Origin: Leptonemataceae bacterium
Lineage (GTDB): Bacteria > Spirochaetota > Leptospiria > Leptospirales > Leptonemataceae
Reading direction: 5' to 3'
DNA length: 64,000 nt
NCBI GenBank assembly: GCA_965227295.1
Contig: OZ245742.1
Location: forward strand, 2,912,001 to 2,976,000
Below, one piece after another: positions 50,888 to 61,300 of this stretch (its first letter is position 1; each line of letters starts with the position of its first letter). The position numbers were made by a program, and so were the translations under genes. The notes under the pieces were generated by a model. That model ran no database searches. It was not told the origin of the DNA and was given only the letters and a program-made list of their open reading frames with translations.

Positions 50888-51793
50888 GTGCGGACATTGG
50901 TACAGAATCAGGCGAAATTAATCAAATCTTTCCAGGACCATCTGCTGATGGAGAAGGGGTTGTCCGAGAATTCCATCTTCTCGTACACCTACGATATCAA
51001 GAAGTTCCAGAACTTCCTTGAGCGGCACGAAAAGGATTTTCTCGAAGTAAAAACTGACGATATCTCGGATTTTCTGAAAGAGCAGAAGCGCAAGAAAATT
51101 TCCTCGCGCTCCCTGGCCCGGGCCGTCGCCGCGCTGCGCCAGTTCTACAAATACCTCAAAGAAGAAGACCGCGTTTCGGTAAACCCCGCCGAGAAGATCC
51201 AGACGCCGGAAGTTAAGAAGTCCCTGCCGGACTACCTTACCCTCGAAGAGATCGATGAACTCTTCGGCGTCATTCGCGAAGACGATCCCTACGAACTCCG
51301 CGACAAGGCCATGTTCGAATTGCTTTATTCCAGCGGCCTGCGCATTTCCGAGGCCTGCAACCTGCGTCTCGAAGACGTCGATCTCGAAAACATGTTTCTC
51401 ACCGTGCGCGGTAAGGGCGGTCGGGAACGTCTGGTGCCCTTCGGCGAGCAGTCGTTGAACATTCTGCGGCGTTACCTGGAACAGGCCCGCGAAGAAATCC
51501 TGAAGAACCGTTACAGCGACTATCTGTTCATCAGCAAAAAAGGCGACTTCCTGAATCGTAAGTCCGTGTGGCGCCTCTTGAAAAAGTATCTCGCGCGCAC
51601 GAGCATTAAGAAAGTGGTTACGCCGCACACGTTCCGCCACAGTTTCGCGACGCACCTCATTGAAAACAACGCCGATCTGCGCAGCGTCCAGGAATTGCTC
51701 GGTCACATCGACATCTCCACGACGCAGATCTATACGCATCTCGCGAGTCGCACGTTGAAAGAAGTTCACAAAAAGTTCCATCCCCGCGGCTGA
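50888..51793 (+). CDS. xerD: Tyrosine recombinase XerD
   Basis: EKGLSENS, ELLYSSGLRISE, GKGGRERLVP, TPHTFRHSFATHL, VQELLGH, TTQIYTH. Confidence 0.92.
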   Translation: MRTLVQNQAKLIKSFQDHLLMEKGLSENSIFSYTYDIKKFQNFLERHEKDFLEVKTDDISDFLKEQKRKKISSRSLARAVAALRQFYKYLKEEDRVSVNPAEKIQTPEVKKSLPDYLTLEEIDELFGVIREDDPYELRDKAMFELLYSSGLRISEACNLRLEDVDLENMFLTVRGKGGRERLVPFGEQSLNILRRYLEQAREEILKNRYSDYLFISKKGDFLNRKSVWRLLKKYLARTSIKKVVTPHTFRHSFATHLIENNADLRSVQELLGHIDISTTQIYTHLASRTLKEVHKKFHPRG

Positions 51794-51808
51794 TCGCAGC
51801 GAACTCCG

Positions 51809-51845
51809 GCCGTGCTCCGTTCCGGAGCGCGGCTTACGTATTTTT
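51809..51845 (+). terminator. Probable terminator after xerD
   Basis: GCCGTGCTCCG-TTC-CGGAGCGCGGC hairpin followed by T-rich sequence. Confidence 0.5.
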
Positions 51846-51926
51846 AACAATCCGATTTTCGGTGTATCATCGATATTATCAAAAATAAAAATCTGTAAAT
51901 CAAAAACAGATAGTGTTGACGCCCTG

Positions 51927-52343
51927 GTGAATTTTTGCCTTCTGGATAACGTGAAAGGAAAGATTCAACTCGAAGCCGGCGGCGAGTTCGTCGATCCGGC
52001 CTACATCACACGCATGGGTGAGGCCCTGGTTCTATACACCACGGACGGAGATGAGATCCGCGTGTTGTCCACGCTGCTCAATGCGAGTCTCGAACCCGGC
52101 GACAACGACGAATTACTCATCGAAGGATTGCAGTGCGACTGCGAAGATCCGGAGGACGCGGCCTTTGTCGAAGGACAGGCCTACGTGTTTCGGAGGTATT
52201 TGTTTCGTGTGCAACCCCTCGCCGGTGAAGCGGGGGACGAGATTCCCGGCCTGAGCGTACAGAAGCCCGTCGAGGCCGAAGCGGAAGACGAGCTCGCCAC
52301 GAACGGCACGAGCAACGGCGGCCACGCCAACGGCGACGGCTGA
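51927..52343 (+). CDS. Hypothetical acidic protein
   Basis: 138-aa ORF filling the gap between neighbours; start uncertain (GTG 51927 or 51951). Confidence 0.6.
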   Translation: MNFCLLDNVKGKIQLEAGGEFVDPAYITRMGEALVLYTTDGDEIRVLSTLLNASLEPGDNDELLIEGLQCDCEDPEDAAFVEGQAYVFRRYLFRVQPLAGEAGDEIPGLSVQKPVEAEAEDELATNGTSNGGHANGDG

Positions 52344-52354
52344 GAGCTTAGCTT

Positions 52355-52948
52355 TCACGGAGCAGAGGTTTGTGGATCGTCCGCGGCCTCCGTACTTTCG
52401 CGCGCGAATCTTTCGTAGTAGCTCGCCGCGTCGTCGTCCAGGAAATCGACGCCGGCGAATCCGGCCAGAAAATCCAGGAATTCCAGCCAGTTCAGTTCCA
52501 CGGTAAAGCCCATCACACCGAGACCGAGGGAAAGTTGCAAGCGCCCCCATTGATACAGGGCGAACTCCGGATCGTCGCTGTCCGTGCAGGATTGTTTGTG
52601 GCGCAGCACGTACTCCGCGGGAACTTCCGGCGTCGGAAATCGGCTGATGCCCACCGCTTCCCGATGTAACAGCCAATCGCAGCCGAACCCGAGGCCGAGC
52701 GTCGCGCGATGAACGGACCCACCAGGATCGCCTCCTGACCGGTGTCCGCGACTGCTGTTATGGACCCCCGCGCCCGCGCTCACGGGGCCTGCCGACGCCG
52801 TCAATCCGGCGGATAAAAAGTCGAGACTGAAACCGGCGATATCACCGGCGTCTTCCAGGCGATCCCGGGAGCGGGCCGTTGTGGAAGCGCAGGCCGTCGC
52901 AAGGCCCAGCATCAGAATCAGGATGATGTTCCAGCCGGTCTTATGCAT
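52355..52948 (-). CDS. Putative lipoprotein, paralog of 38055-38969
   Basis: ATG 52948, LATAC lipobox, RDRLEDAGDI, LNWLEFLDFLAGFAGVDFLDDD. Confidence 0.7.
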   Translation of the reverse strand: MHKTGWNIILILMLGLATACASTTARSRDRLEDAGDIAGFSLDFLSAGLTASAGPVSAGAGVHNSSRGHRSGGDPGGSVHRATLGLGFGCDWLLHREAVGISRFPTPEVPAEYVLRHKQSCTDSDDPEFALYQWGRLQLSLGLGVMGFTVELNWLEFLDFLAGFAGVDFLDDDAASYYERFARESTEAADDPQTSAP

Positions 52949-53876
52949 CGGGCAGAATCCTGAGCAGGGCGGGGTCGCTGTCCCCCCGGCAGAAAAAACC
53001 GCCTCTCTGGTCAAAATCAAAGTCCCCTTCGTCTTGCGTGCATTGAAAGGTTTCGTCCGTGTTTCCCAGGCCGTCGCCCGTGAGCTGCCAGTAATATTCA
53101 CCGGGCGTAAGTTTAAGCTGCCGCGCGCTGATTCGATAGAGGCGGGCCGTGCGTTGCGTGCGCGGATCCGTGCGCAGCTCCACTTGCTGCTCCGGAATGA
53201 CGAGCGTGCGCATCGGTTCCGCCGTGTCGGCGGCGTGGAGGACGAGGCGATACTCCGCGTAGTGCCAGTCGTCGTTTTCGTCGCCGATTAAGAACCACAC
53301 GAATACAATGGTATCATCCGCCGCGAACTCGCGTTCCGTAATCGGATGCACCGGCACGATGGGGATTTCCCGCGGGGGAAAGGCGAAGGACGTCGCCGTC
53401 GTGGTGAGCGCGCACAAGACCACGCCCGCGATTTCGACGAACGCCGGATGCCGGTGCGGTTTCGCGTGCTTGCGTCCGCCGTAGATCGGTACGAGGAGCA
53501 GCGGCAGACACAGCAGGTCCGTAACATCGGCCGTGCCGCGAAACACACCGCCCCCGACTTCCGGGAGCAGACCGTGCAGCGCGTCCGACCACGCCTGGTC
53601 CAGATTGATGGCGACGAACAGCAGGCCCGTGCATGCGGCGCTGATAATCGTGAGCGTGCGCCGGTTCGCGCACGTCAGCCAGTGCAGCGCACTCGCCATG
53701 GCCACGGGGAAGACGATCAAACTGGCCACGTCGCTTAGCTTTCCCGTCACGTGGGTTAGCGGCGTGTCGGCGAAAGCGGCTTTGAAGATGTGGTCGTTCG
53801 CGATCCAGAGAATCAGGAAGAACCAGAAACGCGCATCCCTGGCGCGAAGAAAAAATTGCTCAGTACTTCCGCGCAT
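52941..53876 (-). CDS. Conserved hypothetical membrane protein
   Basis: NDHIFK...TGKLSD...DVTDLLCLP multi-TM module plus a beta-rich C-terminal domain; start uncertain. Confidence 0.7.
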   Translation of the reverse strand: MRGSTEQFFLRARDARFWFFLILWIANDHIFKAAFADTPLTHVTGKLSDVASLIVFPVAMASALHWLTCANRRTLTIISAACTGLLFVAINLDQAWSDALHGLLPEVGGGVFRGTADVTDLLCLPLLLVPIYGGRKHAKPHRHPAFVEIAGVVLCALTTTATSFAFPPREIPIVPVHPITEREFAADDTIVFVWFLIGDENDDWHYAEYRLVLHAADTAEPMRTLVIPEQQVELRTDPRTQRTARLYRISARQLKLTPGEYYWQLTGDGLGNTDETFQCTQDEGDFDFDQRGGFFCRGDSDPALLRILPDA

Positions 53877-54603
53877 TTTCCAGGTCCGCGATGTACGAAA
53901 GTACAAACGTATTTCGGCCGCCGCTTAAGGCTTCGATCTTCTCGCGGACGAACGGTTCAATGAGCGGCGGGTAGTCGTCTTCCGTGTAGTAGAGAAAGAT
54001 TTTTTCGTAGCGCGGCAGAGCGGAGTTTTCTCTGAAACGCGGCGGCTCGGCGTCCAGGTCGTCGTAGCGCAGCATATCTTGCAGAAGAAAGAACTTGGCC
54101 TGGACGCCTTCGCGGGAGTTGTGCTGGACCACGCTGTAGTCCTCGGTGGTGAGCAGCTTCGCGTAATCGAAGGGGTTTTCTTTCATGGGCAACGGGCCGG
54201 GATCCCCCATGAATCGTTCGGTAACTTTCATGAAGTCGCGAAACGAGTAGCGCGACAATATGTAGATGTCGTGGCCGCGGAAGACGTGGTTCTGCGCCGT
54301 TTTCATGAGCACGCCGGGCAACGTAACGTTGCCCTCCAGTTCGCGGACCGTTTCGAACTCGAATTCGTCCGGCGTGAAACATTCGCCGAGGAGCAGACCC
54401 GGGAATTTTTTGCGCGCCAGATCGAACTGTTCCAGGCCGCGGTCCCAGGCAATGCGCGAACCGACGACGCCCAGGCGCGCGTCGGCGATTTTCCAGCGCG
54501 CGTTGTTGTTGTAGAGCGCGCCGTCGAAGTCGAAGACCGCCGCGTGGTTCGCTTCTTTTTTGAAAGCATCCGCCTCGTTATCCTGTTCCGCGTCCGCCGG
54601 CAT
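53860..54603 (-). CDS. Hypothetical protein, possible HAD fold
   Basis: AVFDFDGALY motif I-like, IYILSR motif II-like, TEDD near the C-terminus. Confidence 0.55.
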   Translation of the reverse strand: MPADAEQDNEADAFKKEANHAAVFDFDGALYNNNARWKIADARLGVVGSRIAWDRGLEQFDLARKKFPGLLLGECFTPDEFEFETVRELEGNVTLPGVLMKTAQNHVFRGHDIYILSRYSFRDFMKVTERFMGDPGPLPMKENPFDYAKLLTTEDYSVVQHNSREGVQAKFFLLQDMLRYDDLDAEPPRFRENSALPRYEKIFLYYTEDDYPPLIEPFVREKIEALSGGRNTFVLSYIADLENARKY

Positions 54604-54683
54604 CTACTACATACATCGTCGCACCGCCCGGGAGATCAACGAAAAGTCGTTTACGATGTTTCGCCGTTCCCGGCATCTGCGGT

Positions 54684-56450
54684 ATGCACTTCAGCTCCGG
54701 CGATCTGATCGTCATCGTCCTCTACTTCGCGGTGAGCCTGGGCGCGGGCATTCTGCGTTCCCGCCGCGCGTCGTCGTCGTTGACGGACTACTTTCTCTCC
54801 GGGCGTTCCGCGCCGTGGTGGCTCGTCGGCACCGGCATGGTGGCCACGACCTTCGCCGCCGATACGCCGCTCTGGGTCGCCGGCAAGGTCGGCTCGCACG
54901 GCATCTCCGGCAACTGGCTGTGGTGGTCGGCGGCGGCGGGCGGCATGCTCACGGTTTTTTTCTTCGCGCGATTGTGGCGACGCGCGGGAGTGCTCACGGA
55001 CCTGGAGTTCATCGAACTGCGCTACGGCGGACGCACCGCTTCGTTTCTGCGCGGCTTCAAAGCGATCTACTTCGGCGTCTTCATGAACTGCATCGTCCTC
55101 GGCTGGGTAAACCTGGCCATGTTGAAGATCGTCGGTGTCTTCTTTCCGGAGATTGCGCATCCGGAATGGATCGTAACCGGCATTGCGCTCGCGACGCTCG
55201 TGTACGTCGCCGCGGCCGGACTGTGGGGCGTGATGATCGCCGACGCCTTTCAGTTCGCCGTGGCCCTCGGCGGTTGCATCATCCTCGCGTATTTTGCCGT
55301 GCAGCATCCGGCGGTGGTTGAGGCCGGCGGCCTGGTGAATGCATTGCCCGCGCAGAGCTTCGATTTTTTTCCGGACTTCGGTGATGGCGGCGCGGGTTTT
55401 GAAAAGATCGCGTTGAGCGCCTTTCTCGCGTACGTGATGATTCAATGGTGGGCGTCCTGGTATCCGGGCAGCGAGCCGGGCGGCGGCGGTTACATTGCCC
55501 AGCGCATCATGTCCGCGAAGGACGAACGTCACGGCATGCTGGCCACGTTGTGGTTTGTGATCGCGCACTACTGCGTGCGTTCCTGGCCCTGGATCATCGC
55601 CGCGCTGGCCGCGGTGGTGATTTATCCGGATCTCGGCGGCGATGAACGTGAGGCAAGTTTTGTCTATTTAATCCGCGACGTTCTGCCCGCGCCCCTCCGC
55701 GGTCTTCTGGTGGCCGCCTTTCTCGGCGCCTATATGTCCACGCTGTCCACGCATTTGAACTGGGGCAGTTCCTACGTCATCAACGACTTCTATTTGCGGT
55801 ACTTCGCCGGCACCCGTGCTAACCGTTCGCAGGACGATGTTAGCGCGGATCACATTTTGGCCTCGCGGATCGTTACGGTATGCATTGCCGTGCTCGCGCT
55901 CGTGGTTTCATTCTTTCTCATGGACAGCATTCGCGGGGCCTGGGATTTTCTTTTGAGTATTACCGGCGGCATGGGTTTCGTTTTGATTCTGCGCTGGTAC
56001 TGGTGGCGCATCAACGCCGTGGCGGAGCTGGTTTCCATGATCGCCCCTCTGGTCGCCCTGTTGCTGCTGTGGGTGGCCGAGGCCGCGTTCGGTTTTCAGC
56101 CGCCGGGGGCGCCGGAGAATCTGTACTTCGTCGTGCCGGTTTCGATTTTCGTAACTCTCGTTGCCATGTACTTAAGCAAGCCCGAAGGCCGGACGGTGCT
56201 GGCAGAGTTTTGTGCCCGGGTGCGCCCGCCCGGGCCGGGCTGGAAGGCGATCACCGGCAGGAGCGAAGCCGGCCTTGGCCGGGCCTTTGTCGGCTGGGCG
56301 GCCTCAGTGGTGCTCGTCTATGCCGCGTTGTTTTTCGTCGGCGCGTTGCTTTTTGAAATCTACGACCGCGCCGCGATCCTTGGTGCCGTGGCATTGATGG
56401 CGGCGTTCGTGGTTCGGGAAGTGATTCGCCGCGAGTTTCGGAAAGATTGA
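54684..56450 (+). CDS. Sodium:solute symporter family protein
   Basis: DYFLSGRSAPWW, ATTFAADTP, FIELRY, AQRIMSAKDE, AYMSTLS. Confidence 0.93.
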   Translation: MHFSSGDLIVIVLYFAVSLGAGILRSRRASSSLTDYFLSGRSAPWWLVGTGMVATTFAADTPLWVAGKVGSHGISGNWLWWSAAAGGMLTVFFFARLWRRAGVLTDLEFIELRYGGRTASFLRGFKAIYFGVFMNCIVLGWVNLAMLKIVGVFFPEIAHPEWIVTGIALATLVYVAAAGLWGVMIADAFQFAVALGGCIILAYFAVQHPAVVEAGGLVNALPAQSFDFFPDFGDGGAGFEKIALSAFLAYVMIQWWASWYPGSEPGGGGYIAQRIMSAKDERHGMLATLWFVIAHYCVRSWPWIIAALAAVVIYPDLGGDEREASFVYLIRDVLPAPLRGLLVAAFLGAYMSTLSTHLNWGSSYVINDFYLRYFAGTRANRSQDDVSADHILASRIVTVCIAVLALVVSFFLMDSIRGAWDFLLSITGGMGFVLILRWYWWRINAVAELVSMIAPLVALLLLWVAEAAFGFQPPGAPENLYFVVPVSIFVTLVAMYLSKPEGRTVLAEFCARVRPPGPGWKAITGRSEAGLGRAFVGWAASVVLVYAALFFVGALLFEIYDRAAILGAVALMAAFVVREVIRREFRKD

Positions 56451-56468
56451 GCGAGTGCGCCTTCGCTT

Positions 56469-57197
56469 TGCGGAATTGTGAAGGGGTTTTGATGGCTACG
56501 GCGAAGCGGGAGTTGTGGTGATTCGTTTTGCAAAGAACGCTGCCAGTGGGGAACCAACTGCCGCGGCCCCAACAAGTGGGGCCTTGCCGACACCGGACGT
56601 TGGTTTGCGACTCAGTTACCGCAGCGTTTCCTGCGACGAAGACGGCGGGGACCTATGCTTTCCGCTGATGCGGAAAGCCGGCGGTTCAGAACTCTCGCCG
56701 AAGCGAGAATTCTGCCGGTGCGCCTTACCGCATTCCCCGGCATGACCTCCGTTCATCTGCTGGAACCAGCCGTACCCAAAAAAGTCTTAATGCAAACTGA
56801 CCGTCACTTACACCACGATTCGGGGCGTGCGCAAACTGTCCGAGCGTTTCCGGTAATTCAAGGACTGCGGTTCGTGACTGTTGCTGTGAGACACATGAGG
56901 TAAATTGCGCAACGTGAAAGGCCTTTTTTTGCTACGGCTGAGCGGGAGTTGTGGTGATTCGTTTTGCAAAGAACGCTGCGTTCGACCCGGACGTTGGTTT
57001 GCGACTCAGTTACCGCAGCGTTTCCTACGACGAAGACGCCGGGGACTTATGCTTTCCACATTCCCCGGCATAACCTCCGCACGTCAGTTGGAACCAGTTG
57101 TGACCATAAACGGCTTAATACAAACTGGCTGCTACTTACACCACGATCCGGGGCGTGTGCGAATAACTGGAGCATTTCCGGAAATTCAAGAGTTGCG
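56469..57197 (-). repeat. Head-to-tail array of about 2 units of the 328-bp family, reverse orientation
   Basis: GGGGCGT anchors end at 56828 and 57156 (328 bp apart); the reverse complement matches the 48599-49810 units. Confidence 0.95.
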
Positions 57198-57492
57198 ATG
57201 CGCGCGGAATGATTACTAAGTATGGTTTATATTTCGCGGGGCCCTCTTAAAGGTCTTCAGGCTTGCACTGCGAATATTGTTTCGATTCCTGCCGTTCGGC
57301 CGAATCATTTGCAACGTCGTTCACATGCTAACAGCCCCGGCGTGAATCGCTGCACAACACTCATCTTTTTAAACTTTATGAATCGTTAAGCCTCGCTTCG
57401 CGGCGTTTCTGTTTGTGCCGCACGCCTTGTTCGTTGTAGCGGTAAACCTCCGCCCGGGACCGGCGGTGCAGTTACAACGCGGAGTAAACTTC

Positions 57493-57858
57493 ATGAAAAT
57501 ATTGATCGTAGACGATTCCGAGATGATGCGCGGCGTGATCCGCCAGGCGCTCTCGGACAATCTTCCCGACAGCAATCCCGAGATTGACGAGGCCGGCGAC
57601 GGCGCGGTCGCCCTGGAAAAAATTCGCAGCGCGTCTTTCGATGTCGTCTTCCTGGACTGGAACATGCCGGTGCTGGACGGCCTGGGCTTCGTTACCGAGG
57701 TGCGCAAGGCCGGTATCCATACGCCCATCGTAATGATCTCTTCCGTAACCGATGAAGAAAAAATCTTAGAGGCCGGCCGGGCCGGTGTGAACGCCTACGT
57801 CGAGAAACCCGTGCGCGGGGTGAAACTCTGGGAACAGGTCAAGGAGTTCCTGCAATGA
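57493..57858 (+). CDS. Single-domain response regulator (CheY-like)
   Basis: MKILIVDDS, FLDWNMPVLDG, KP; GGAG RBS. Confidence 0.92.
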   Translation: MKILIVDDSEMMRGVIRQALSDNLPDSNPEIDEAGDGAVALEKIRSASFDVVFLDWNMPVLDGLGFVTEVRKAGIHTPIVMISSVTDEEKILEAGRAGVNAYVEKPVRGVKLWEQVKEFLQ

Positions 57859-58331
57859 GTGCGGGACTGAGCATGCGTCCGTTCCTCGACGCCCTTAATC
57901 GAACCCTCGCCGACATGGCCGACGAACATCCATCCAACAGTGACATCGTCCGCTGCGAGGGCGAACGGGTGGTCTCGGACGTGACCGCGAGCGTGGGCAT
58001 CTTCGGTCCGGAGCCGGGGAGTCTGATCCTCGTCATGAACGCGGCGGTGGCCCGGGATCTGTGCAAACGCACCACGGGCCGCAGCGATACCGAACTGGAG
58101 GATCGCCTGGTCCTCGACGCGGTGGGTGAACTGATAAACATGATCGTCGGGGTCGCCGGCGGAGCGAGTTCGGTGCGGTTCGACTTTTCCCTGCCGGTTT
58201 CCACCGGGGTCGAAAGCCACGAAGTGCGCATCTTGCGCAGCACGAACTTTGAGAAAGTCGTATCGAAGATTTCCTCCGGTGAGGTCGCGTTGTATCTGGT
58301 GCACGGTAGACTGCCCCCGGCCGCGAGCTAA
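57855..58331 (+). CDS. CheX-like phosphatase
   Basis: DVTASVGIFG...GSL, LDAVGELINMIVG (ExxN), FSLP; ATGA overlap with the regulator. Confidence 0.8.
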   Translation: MSAGLSMRPFLDALNRTLADMADEHPSNSDIVRCEGERVVSDVTASVGIFGPEPGSLILVMNAAVARDLCKRTTGRSDTELEDRLVLDAVGELINMIVGVAGGASSVRFDFSLPVSTGVESHEVRILRSTNFEKVVSKISSGEVALYLVHGRLPPAAS

Positions 58332-58338
58332 GTACACC

Positions 58339-61300
58339 ATGCTTAAACTTAAGGGATACGAGCTCGGCGAGCGCCTCTACGGCGGCGAGCGCACGGCGGT
58401 CTGGCGTGCGGTGCGCAGCGCCGACGGCGTGCCGGTCATCGTCAAAGTTCCGCGCCGGGATGCGCCGCCGGAGGAACGTGCGAAACTGCGCCAGGAATTC
58501 GAAATCGCCCGGGAGCTGGCGCAGGAAATCTCCGGCGTGGTCCGCCCCCTGTTCCTTGAGTTGCCGGAGGATGCGAGCGCGGGCAGCGGCGCGGTGCTGA
58601 TTCTGGAGGACGGCGGCGGCATGTCTCTCGCGCAGTTTCTGGAACAGGGCGTGCCGGACATCGATACGGCCCTGGAGATCGCCGTGCAGATCGCGAGCAT
58701 CCTGGGCGAGGTGCATGCCCGGGGCGTCGTGCACAAGGACGTGAAGCCGCACAACATCATCCTCGAACCGCGCGAACTTCGAATTCAACTTACCGACTTC
58801 GGCATTTCGTCGAGGTTAAGCCGGGAACATGCCGTCTCCGGAATACCCGGACGCCTGCAGGGGACCCTGGCCTACGTAAGCCCGGAACAGACCGGGCGCA
58901 TGAATCGCCTGGTCGACAACCGCTCTGACTTCTATTCACTGGGAGTTACTCTGTATGAGTTAGTCACGGGATTGCTTCCGTTTCCGCATGCGGCGGATGC
59001 CCTGGAATTGATCCATCATCACATCGCCGTGCCGCCGCGCTCTCCGCTGGAACATCGCGCGGACGTGCCGCCGTCCCTCGCGGCCGTGATGATGAAACTG
59101 CTCGCCAAGAATGCCGAAGATCGTTACCAGAGCGCTTACGGCCTCTTCCACGACCTGGACGAAATTCGAACCTGCCGCGCTCAGTTCGGCAACGGCACCG
59201 CGCCGGAACTCGTTGAACGTTTCGAGCAGAGCTTCGTTCCCGGGCGCCAGGATGTCTCCGATCGTTTTCAGATTCCGCAGAAACTCTACGGCCGCGAAGA
59301 GGAATCCGCTCAGATGTTGCAGTCCTTCCAGCGTTGTGCCCGCGGCCGAAGTGAACTGTTGTTAGTGGCCGGCTTTTCCGGCATCGGTAAATCGGCGTTG
59401 GTTAACGAGGTGCAGAAACCCATCACGGAACGCAAGGGCAACTTCGTCGCCGGCAAGTTCGATCAGTTTCAACGCGACCTACCGTACAGCGCTCTGTTGC
59501 AGGCCTTCGGCCGATTGATCCGCCGGCTCCTGGGCGACGAGCAGAGTACGGTGGAGATTCGGGCGGAGCGGCTGCGGGAATGTCTGGGACAGAACGGTCG
59601 CGTGCTTACGGATGTGCTTCCCGAACTGCAATGGCTGATCGGTGAACAACCGCCGGTGGTGGAGCTCCCTCCGGCCGAGAGTGAGAATCGCTTCAACGCC
59701 GTGTTCCGCGATTTCGTGCGGGCCCTGGCCGGCGAAGAACATCCCCTGGCGATCTTTCTCGACGATTTGCAGTGGGCGGACGCGTCGAGTCTTAAGTTAA
59801 TCCGAACAATCATTACCGATACGGACACGAACTACTTTCTAATCATCGGTGCTTACCGGGACAACGAAGTGGACGCGGCGCATCCGCTTACCGCGCTCAT
59901 GGAACGCTTCGCAAACGAAACAGAGCAGCGCCTGACCGTGATTACGCTCGCCCCGCTGAATCGGGAAACGCTTAAGTCCGTCGTTGCGGAGACCCTGCAC
60001 GTAAGTTCGGAGGAAGCCCGGGGCCTGGCGGACCTGGTGCATGCGAAGACCGGCGGCAATCCCTTTTTCGTAAACGAGTTTCTGCGCACATTGCACGACA
60101 AAGCCCTGGTGCAGTTCGATGCCGGAAGCGGCCGCTGGGGTTGGGACCTGGAACGCATCGCCGCCGAGGGCATCACGGATAACGTGGTCGAGCTGATGGC
60201 GGATCGCATTCGGGATCTGCCGCCGGAAACCGGGCGGGCGTTGCAGACGGCGGCGTGCATCGGCAACGTTTTCGAGCTACGAGACCTGGCGCGTTTCCTC
60301 GAACGTGAGATCGGTGCGACGGCGCGTTTGTTACGTGAGGCGCTCAATGAAGGTTTGATCCTGGCCCTGGATCAAAACTACAACTACGCCGAGAGCGAAG
60401 AGCTGGATGTTTCGTATCGTTTCCTGCACGACCGCGTGCAGCAGGCCGCCTATGAACTCATCGACGCGGCCGAACGTCCGGCCCTGCATTTGCGCATCGG
60501 CCGGGAGATGCTCACTTTCGGCGAACAGGAAATCGAAGACGATCTCTTTACGCTGGTAAATCATCTGAACGAGGGCCGCTCGCTCCTCGACGACCTGGAC
60601 GAGCGTCGGCGCCTGGCCGAGCTGAACTTACGGGCCGGGCGCAAGGCCCTGGCCAGTACGGCCTACGCTTCCGCCGCGCGTTTCTTAAGGTTCGGCGTCG
60701 AGATGTTAGGCGAGTATCACCGGGAAGAGGACAATCGACTGTGCCTGGATTTGTACTTGAGCCTGGCCGATGCCGAGTCCCTGCGCCCGAATTTTGAAGA
60801 AGCGGAACGACTGATCGAGTTGCTCTTCGAGCGCGCGACGGAGCCGCTCGATCAGGTCCGGGCCGGGCAGATTCGTACGCGTATTCTGAACGCGCGCAGT
60901 CGCATTGCGGATTCTCTCACGGCCGGTCTGGAAAACCTCGGTCGCCTGGGCGTGCACATTCCGCAACGCCCGTCGGCTGTGCGCGTCCTTCGAGAATTTG
61001 GACGCACACTCCTGGTCGTCATGCGGCGCGGCCGACGTTATCCGTTGCGCGCGAAGCAGGTGGAGGCTCCGGTCATCCTGGCGGCGCTGAACGTTCTGGA
61101 CGATACGGTCTCCGTCGCGTACCAACAAAACGCTAACGTACTCGCAATCATCATTTGTAAGATCGTGCAGTTGACGTATCGCCACGGACTGTCGCGCTAC
61201 GCGCCCTTCGGTATCGCCGGTTTCGGTTATTTGAACCTGGTGGCCTTCGAACGTTTGAAGGCCGCCAGGTGGTACGTGGACCTGGCGCTGCAATTGCTCG

